This document shows positions 56,966 to 64,000 of a stretch of 64,000 bases of DNA, in pieces. The stretch lies in the NCBI RefSeq assembly GCF_009914755.1, contig NC_060934.1; one strand, given 5' to 3'. The notes below the pieces were generated by a model. It was not told the origin of the DNA. It did no database searches and saw nothing but the letters and a program-made list of their open reading frames with translations. The DNA comes from the human T2T-CHM13v2.0 reference genome, Homo sapiens. The position numbers and the translations under genes were made by a program. The first letter of the stretch is position 1. Each line of letters starts with the position of its first letter.

Positions 56966-58547
56966 TAAAGGTATCCTTTTTAAAATGAAGTATTTTGAAT
57001 AATAAACGAAAAAGGGATTCATTTCAAACGTACAAAATAGGCCATCTATATTTTTCTGAAATTAATACACTTTTTGGTGTAGAATATCTGGAATACCAAA
57101 AATACATTTTGTAGCTTTTCCCCAGAAAAAATCTGGCATTTTATATCTATCTCTTCTAAATTAATCTTTAGAAGATTAATTAAATGTAAAAGTAAATAAA
57201 AAACAAGCAGAACTCAATCTAGCTTTTATGAAATGTATTCCTGAAATGGTTGATAATTTTTGGAATGTTGGTAAAATTGCAGTTCCAGCCCCTTTTGCCA
57301 GCTGAGGCAGAGAGCTGACATCATCAGCACCGATGTGACGTGAGCTAAGCATTCACTTCAGGCCCCATCATCCAGCACCAACACTTCCAGCATGTACCCG
57401 GGCAATGATGCTGCACTTTTGGTCTTAGCCCATATGTAAACCTCCACCAATTTTTTCAGAGTTGCTACTTGTGAATCCATACAGCTTCAAACACAGTGAT
57501 AGATGGAGATGTGTGATTCACAACACGCATGCCTTGAATTTTGAGTTCTGGAGTAAACTGCTTTTCTTCAAAGTCAATTTGAATCAATGGGTAGCTTTCA
57601 ATTACCTAGTCATTTAATTCAGTGTTTATGATAAAATGCAACATAAAATCACTTGATGGTTAAAAGCCTTCCACGCCTTCTGGTTGTTGTTTTTGGAAAG
57701 GATATCAAAGACTAAAAGCAATCTTGTTGGCAGAGGAACTGTGTATGTTGAACTACTATGACACAAATGTTTCTAGTGCCATTGACCAAAAAAAAAAAAA
57801 AAAAAAAAAAAAATCCAGGAAGATGCAGTTTTATTTTGCCTAAAAAAGAAAGCTGTTATGCAGGTGCAGGCTGAATGAGGCCAGGTAAATATTAACAAAT
57901 ATACAAACACATCTTCATATTCCAAAGCCAGTTTTCTCTGGGAACAAGTGAAAGGCACCATAGTTTAAAACATGCGTAAATTGCAAGGCTGATAACTCTT
58001 ATTGTTAATTGTTCCTCGATTCAACTCAGTGATTTTCTAGAGCCAGAAAATTACTACTTTGAAAAACCCTTGACACTAATAACAATGTGCCTTCTTTCTG
58101 AAAGTCTTCTAAATAAGTTGATTGATTGGACCTCTTCTTCAGATGTCAATTTAAATGAAAGTTCTAGAAAGGAAAGCTGCAAATTTGGGTTGTGAACAAA
58201 TAAATCCATTGTAAAATGTTCCAACTATTGTTACAATATTATTATAATACTATTTTCCTAATTATCAGATTGAATACTTGGAAATCAATCAGAACTCTGG
58301 GCAAATCTCATTATTTAATAAAGGAGTTTTGATAAGATTATCATAACCCTGTTTATATGGTAAAAGAGCAAAGAAGATATTAAACTAATGTTAACTCACC
58401 CATTTATTCCAATGGCAATATAAGGCTTCTCTAAACCTGGTTTTTTTCTAATGCTGTTTACTACTGAGGAACATAGCTAAATTGAATCACACTAATAATA
58501 ATGTCATTTCAAAGACTAAGGCAATCTCCTTTACATTTTACTTATTC

Positions 58548-58837
<290 letters not shown>

Positions 58838-59191
58838 TACATTTTACTTATTCTTCATGTACAATGTATTTAAATATTCTTTTGAGAATAGTATCTGACT
58901 CTGTTTTACAGATAGTTATACATCTCCTAACTCCATGATGGTGAAGAACTTCCAAGCCATCCTCTCTGATCTGTGTAGTGTGTGTTCTCTAGAGAAATCT
59001 TAATATTAAACCAGACTAAACACAAGACAAGCAATGCAGCTGTTAACAAATTATTGGATATTATCCCCCTCTGTTCAGAATTTCACTGTGTATTTTTGCC
59101 ATTTACCTTCTAATTCACAAGAGTGGAATGGAAAACTTTCATTTAGATGTCCATATGGCTATTTCCTCCACCTCCTTCAAATCTTCGCTCA

Positions 59192-59830
<639 letters not shown>

Positions 59831-60447
59831 CATAGGTCAATGACTATAAATGATGTATTGAGGTGACTCAAATTCCCTAAGATGAAAAATCTGTAGAGAA
59901 TGTACAGGGAACCTGTCTAAATTAGGAATGCCCAAACATTCTCGTTCCTTTTCCAAATTTTTGTTTTGTAGCATAACGGATGCATAGTTTAGCCTTAAAA
60001 TTTTATTAAGTACTCAACCTCTCAGGTCCTTGGTCTCTGCATTTATAAAATGAGTGGTTTGATGTAATGGAATTACTAAGAGCCCATCCTCTTACAATCT
60101 GTGAATTAATGATGAGTAGCCAGGTCAGTGGATGAGCAAAATAGTTTAGAGAGAAAAACTATGTGTTTGTCTCAATTATATCACAAAAATAGCTAAAAGA
60201 ACCTTTTGTAATCTTTCATGGCCTCAGCTTCTTATCTATAAAATGAAGGAATTGGACTAGATAATTACTAAGGTCTTCTTGAGCTCAAATATTTCATCAC
60301 TGCTCTGAATATAGAGAGTTTTGCTTTGTTTTCCAGTGTCCTTTTGAGGTTTTTTTTAATGATTCATGTATCATGAGACTTGTAAAAGAATACTGGTGCC
60401 CTTCCTCCAGAACCTTCCCTTTTTGGGGTGCTTCCTGTCATTCTTAC

Positions 60448-60675
60448 CATCAGGGAATCCATCCCAGATTTCTAGCCGGTCGTAGCGACAGAACATCCCC
60501 CCTGGAGGATTTGAGTCAGGCTCCAGGTCAAAGCTTTCAAATTCCAGGATAATCTCTGACATCTTTGGCGCAAAGACAATATAAGTGCATTCAAGGCTGT
60601 TGGGATATTTTTCAGGGAATCCGGGGGACTTTATCACTCCACTAGGTGTTGTGTAGTTCTGGGAACATTCAGGAC
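60448..60675 (-). CDS. NRP1: NRP1 exon 4 (228 nt, phase 1-1), first part of CUB2/a2: (G)PECSQNYTTPSGVIKSPGFPEKYPNSLEC...EIWDGFPD
   Basis: Acceptor ...ctcatag|GTCCT, donor GATG|gtaaga; translation matches the NRP1 CUB domain; N-glycosylation sequon NYT (N150). Confidence 0.98.
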
Positions 60676-61609
60676 CTATGAGTAGAAGAGAAAAAGGAGT
60701 AAAGTGAAAATCCCACTTAAACAACTTCCCCAAGAAATAACCTGGGTAAAGACAGAACATCTTTCTAATAAAAGCCCGCCAGTATAACCACTGTTCTAAT
60801 CATGTATTAGTCAGCCTTTTCATATTAGTAAAATGGGTATGGAAAGTCAAGTTCAGATTTATTGTGTTAACCTTAGCTTTCCATTTGTATGGAGCAATTT
60901 AAAGACTTCTGCTGTTGCAGGGAAAAATATGACAAATATAAAATCATGTGGGAACAATGAATGAGTAAGCTGCAGAAATCTCAACAGAGCCCTAGAGAAA
61001 TAATTATGGCCCCTTCAAGCTTAAACCTTTAAATCTTGAGGCTGACAGCCCTTTATTGGTGAAATAGAACATTTATAAAGGCGAGGGAGAGAATTCAGTG
61101 GAGGCAGTTTGGGTTTCAGATTCCTACACCAGTGACTCAGTAACTCTGCCAGATGTGACCTATGCCTCTTTGACAAACGAAATGTGAAAGGTAATTCGTA
61201 CATGTACCAAGGGTGAGTGACTCATTCTGAGTGGTGTTGACACAGGTGGGCCGGTAAAGTGTGGCTGTTAGTGAGGGCACGATAAACTGTGATTACAGGC
61301 CATGATGCCGGAAGTCACCTGATATCAATGCTGACATCCTAACCTTCCCCGAAGTATCAGACACAGTATAGTACGCCATTCTAAAATTGCATGTTAATAG
61401 ATGTGTGTGTGTGTGTAATGCATATATTTATAATGTGTAATTTTAATGACTGTTCAGTACCACCAGGACTTTACAAATTATGGTGATTTGTCATTGAAAT
61501 TGGTCAAGAGCATCCATGCATATAGTGCAGGTTGACCTTATGCCTGTATGAATGACTCCAATTTCAATTCATGGTAACCAGCATAGGGTGGTATTCACTA
61601 CACAATTCA

Positions 61610-61989
<380 letters not shown>

Positions 61990-62872
61990 TCAGCTCAGTC
62001 CCTGAATACCACCTGCTGCTATGATCTTCAAATAGCTACACTTAAGACACTTGTGAATCAGAGAAGTCTTTATCCTTTTGAATTTCAGGATCAAATCTGG
62101 GGGTGTTCAGTTCAACAACTCTTTTCCTGCATCATTTTCTCACAGTGGCTTGAAGGCAGACGTGATGGGGCCCCGGCAATGACATGCAAGGATTCAATTC
62201 TAAATAAGGTGCTTTGTTGAGATTGTTCTTAACTAAACATTCTCCCAAAGTGCCAGGCAACTAGAGGCGACTTATTAGACATCAATAGAGATTAAAGTTA
62301 ACTAACTAGCAGGTCTCTAGTTTTAGTGATTCAGGTCAGGAGGCTGAATACCAACAGAGTGCATCTGGCAGCCTGTTGAGAAAACAAATCAATCCTTTCC
62401 TCCTCATGCACATATCGGCTATCCATGGATCCATGGCATTGCAGATGCAGAAGAATTCTTAGATGGGCCCAGTAAACCTGGTCTGCAGAGGTCTGACTTA
62501 TTTGAAATACCTCTCAAACCTTCTTGGACGTGGCTCACCCTTCACCATGAGAGCTGCAAATGCTTATCTATTTGATTCTGGTTCAAAAGTTGGTAACGTG
62601 GCAATTCGCCAGGTCAGTTCCAGGTAGAGATTATGACATGTGCTGTATGGTTTATAATCTTAGTTTCTAAATTACTCTGGTGGCTTCTGAGATGACAGCG
62701 ACTATGCTAATTTGAGTCATTTATCCACAAAGAAAAAATATATATATACATACATGATATTGGGGACCCTTTAGGATTTTATATCCACAGTGTAGAAACA
62801 GTTACCCTGGAGACCTCCAAACTCTTCCCTGGGGAAAAAACCGCTTTGGCTACATTCTTGTAAGCCATGGTT

Positions 62873-62918
62873 TATTAGTATCTGCATGAAACAGCAAGGT
62901 TTCATGCAGATACTAATA
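62873..62918. repeat. Perfect inverted repeat, 20-bp arms, 6-nt spacer
   Basis: tattagtatctgcatgaaac-agcaag-gtttcatgcagatactaata. Confidence 0.97.
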
Positions 62919-63438
62919 TTTTCTCCTTCTTAAAAAGATAAAATGTTTCAGTTCAGATTAAGATTTATTGAGAAAAAAATGACAGGAATTAAGGTCATAC
63001 TTTCAAAAGCAAGTGAATTTTGGTGCTTTCACTTTGCCCTTGTCATGCTATGGAAGTGATCCCAGGTTTTCTTGTGTATTTCGACAAAACATGGGGACAT
63101 TCCATGGGGCGATGGACAAGAACTGGATGGAGCCCCAGGAGACCTGAATCCCAGTCCTGAGATTCACTCACCCGCTGTGTAAACTTGGGTGGCCTCTCAA
63201 CATTTCTGGTTCTCAAATTCTGCGCATGACAAATGTGAGTTGGACTTTAGAATTTGAAAACTAAAATCTCTTCCAATTTAAAGATTCTGTAACTTCATAT
63301 TTTGTCCACTATACACCAAAATTTGTTTTAATATTTTCCTTATTCACTGTTGTTTCAGTTTACCATAGTTGAAGAAGCACTTTCTCGCAAAAGGACAATG
63401 GCAGAAAAGGGGTTAAGAAAGTCCATGGTGAATACACG

Positions 63439-64000
<562 letters not shown>

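Noticed and set aside
57159-57181. 10-bp AT-rich inverted repeat
   Set aside because: Short and AT-rich; expected by chance in this composition
62255-62272. CTCF-like motif (caactagaggcg)
   Set aside because: Several core mismatches; not supportable without ChIP data

Overview
Human genomic DNA from the interior of NRP1 (neuropilin-1), which is transcribed on the minus strand. Seven coding exons were resolved to the base from their GT/AG boundaries: 60448-60675, 53118-53273, 50830-50996, 22938-23093, 18523-18667, 10190-10521 and 4376-4520. By recalled numbering these are exons 4-10, encoding the CUB2 (a2) domain and both FV/FVIII discoidin (b1, b2) domains. The rest is intron: about 24 Alus (including a near-perfect human-specific AluYb8), several solo LTRs (LTR8, MER4, MER34, THE1D, LTR1, MSTA families), L1/L2/MIR remnants, MER53/MER20 DNA transposons and microsatellites. 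I cannot demonstrate a new biological system. The best leads are: (i) a nested structure around the skippable in-frame exon 5, with a non-TE-looking 94-bp direct repeat pair outside an inverted Alu pair; (ii) an open read-through of exon 10 followed by a sense-oriented LTR8 poly(A) signal, a candidate new soluble a1a2b1b2 isoform; (iii) a perfect 20-bp-arm palindrome and a perfect 41-bp tandem duplication; (iv) several enhancer-like motif clusters. Repeat family names are from recalled consensus sequences, not a database run.
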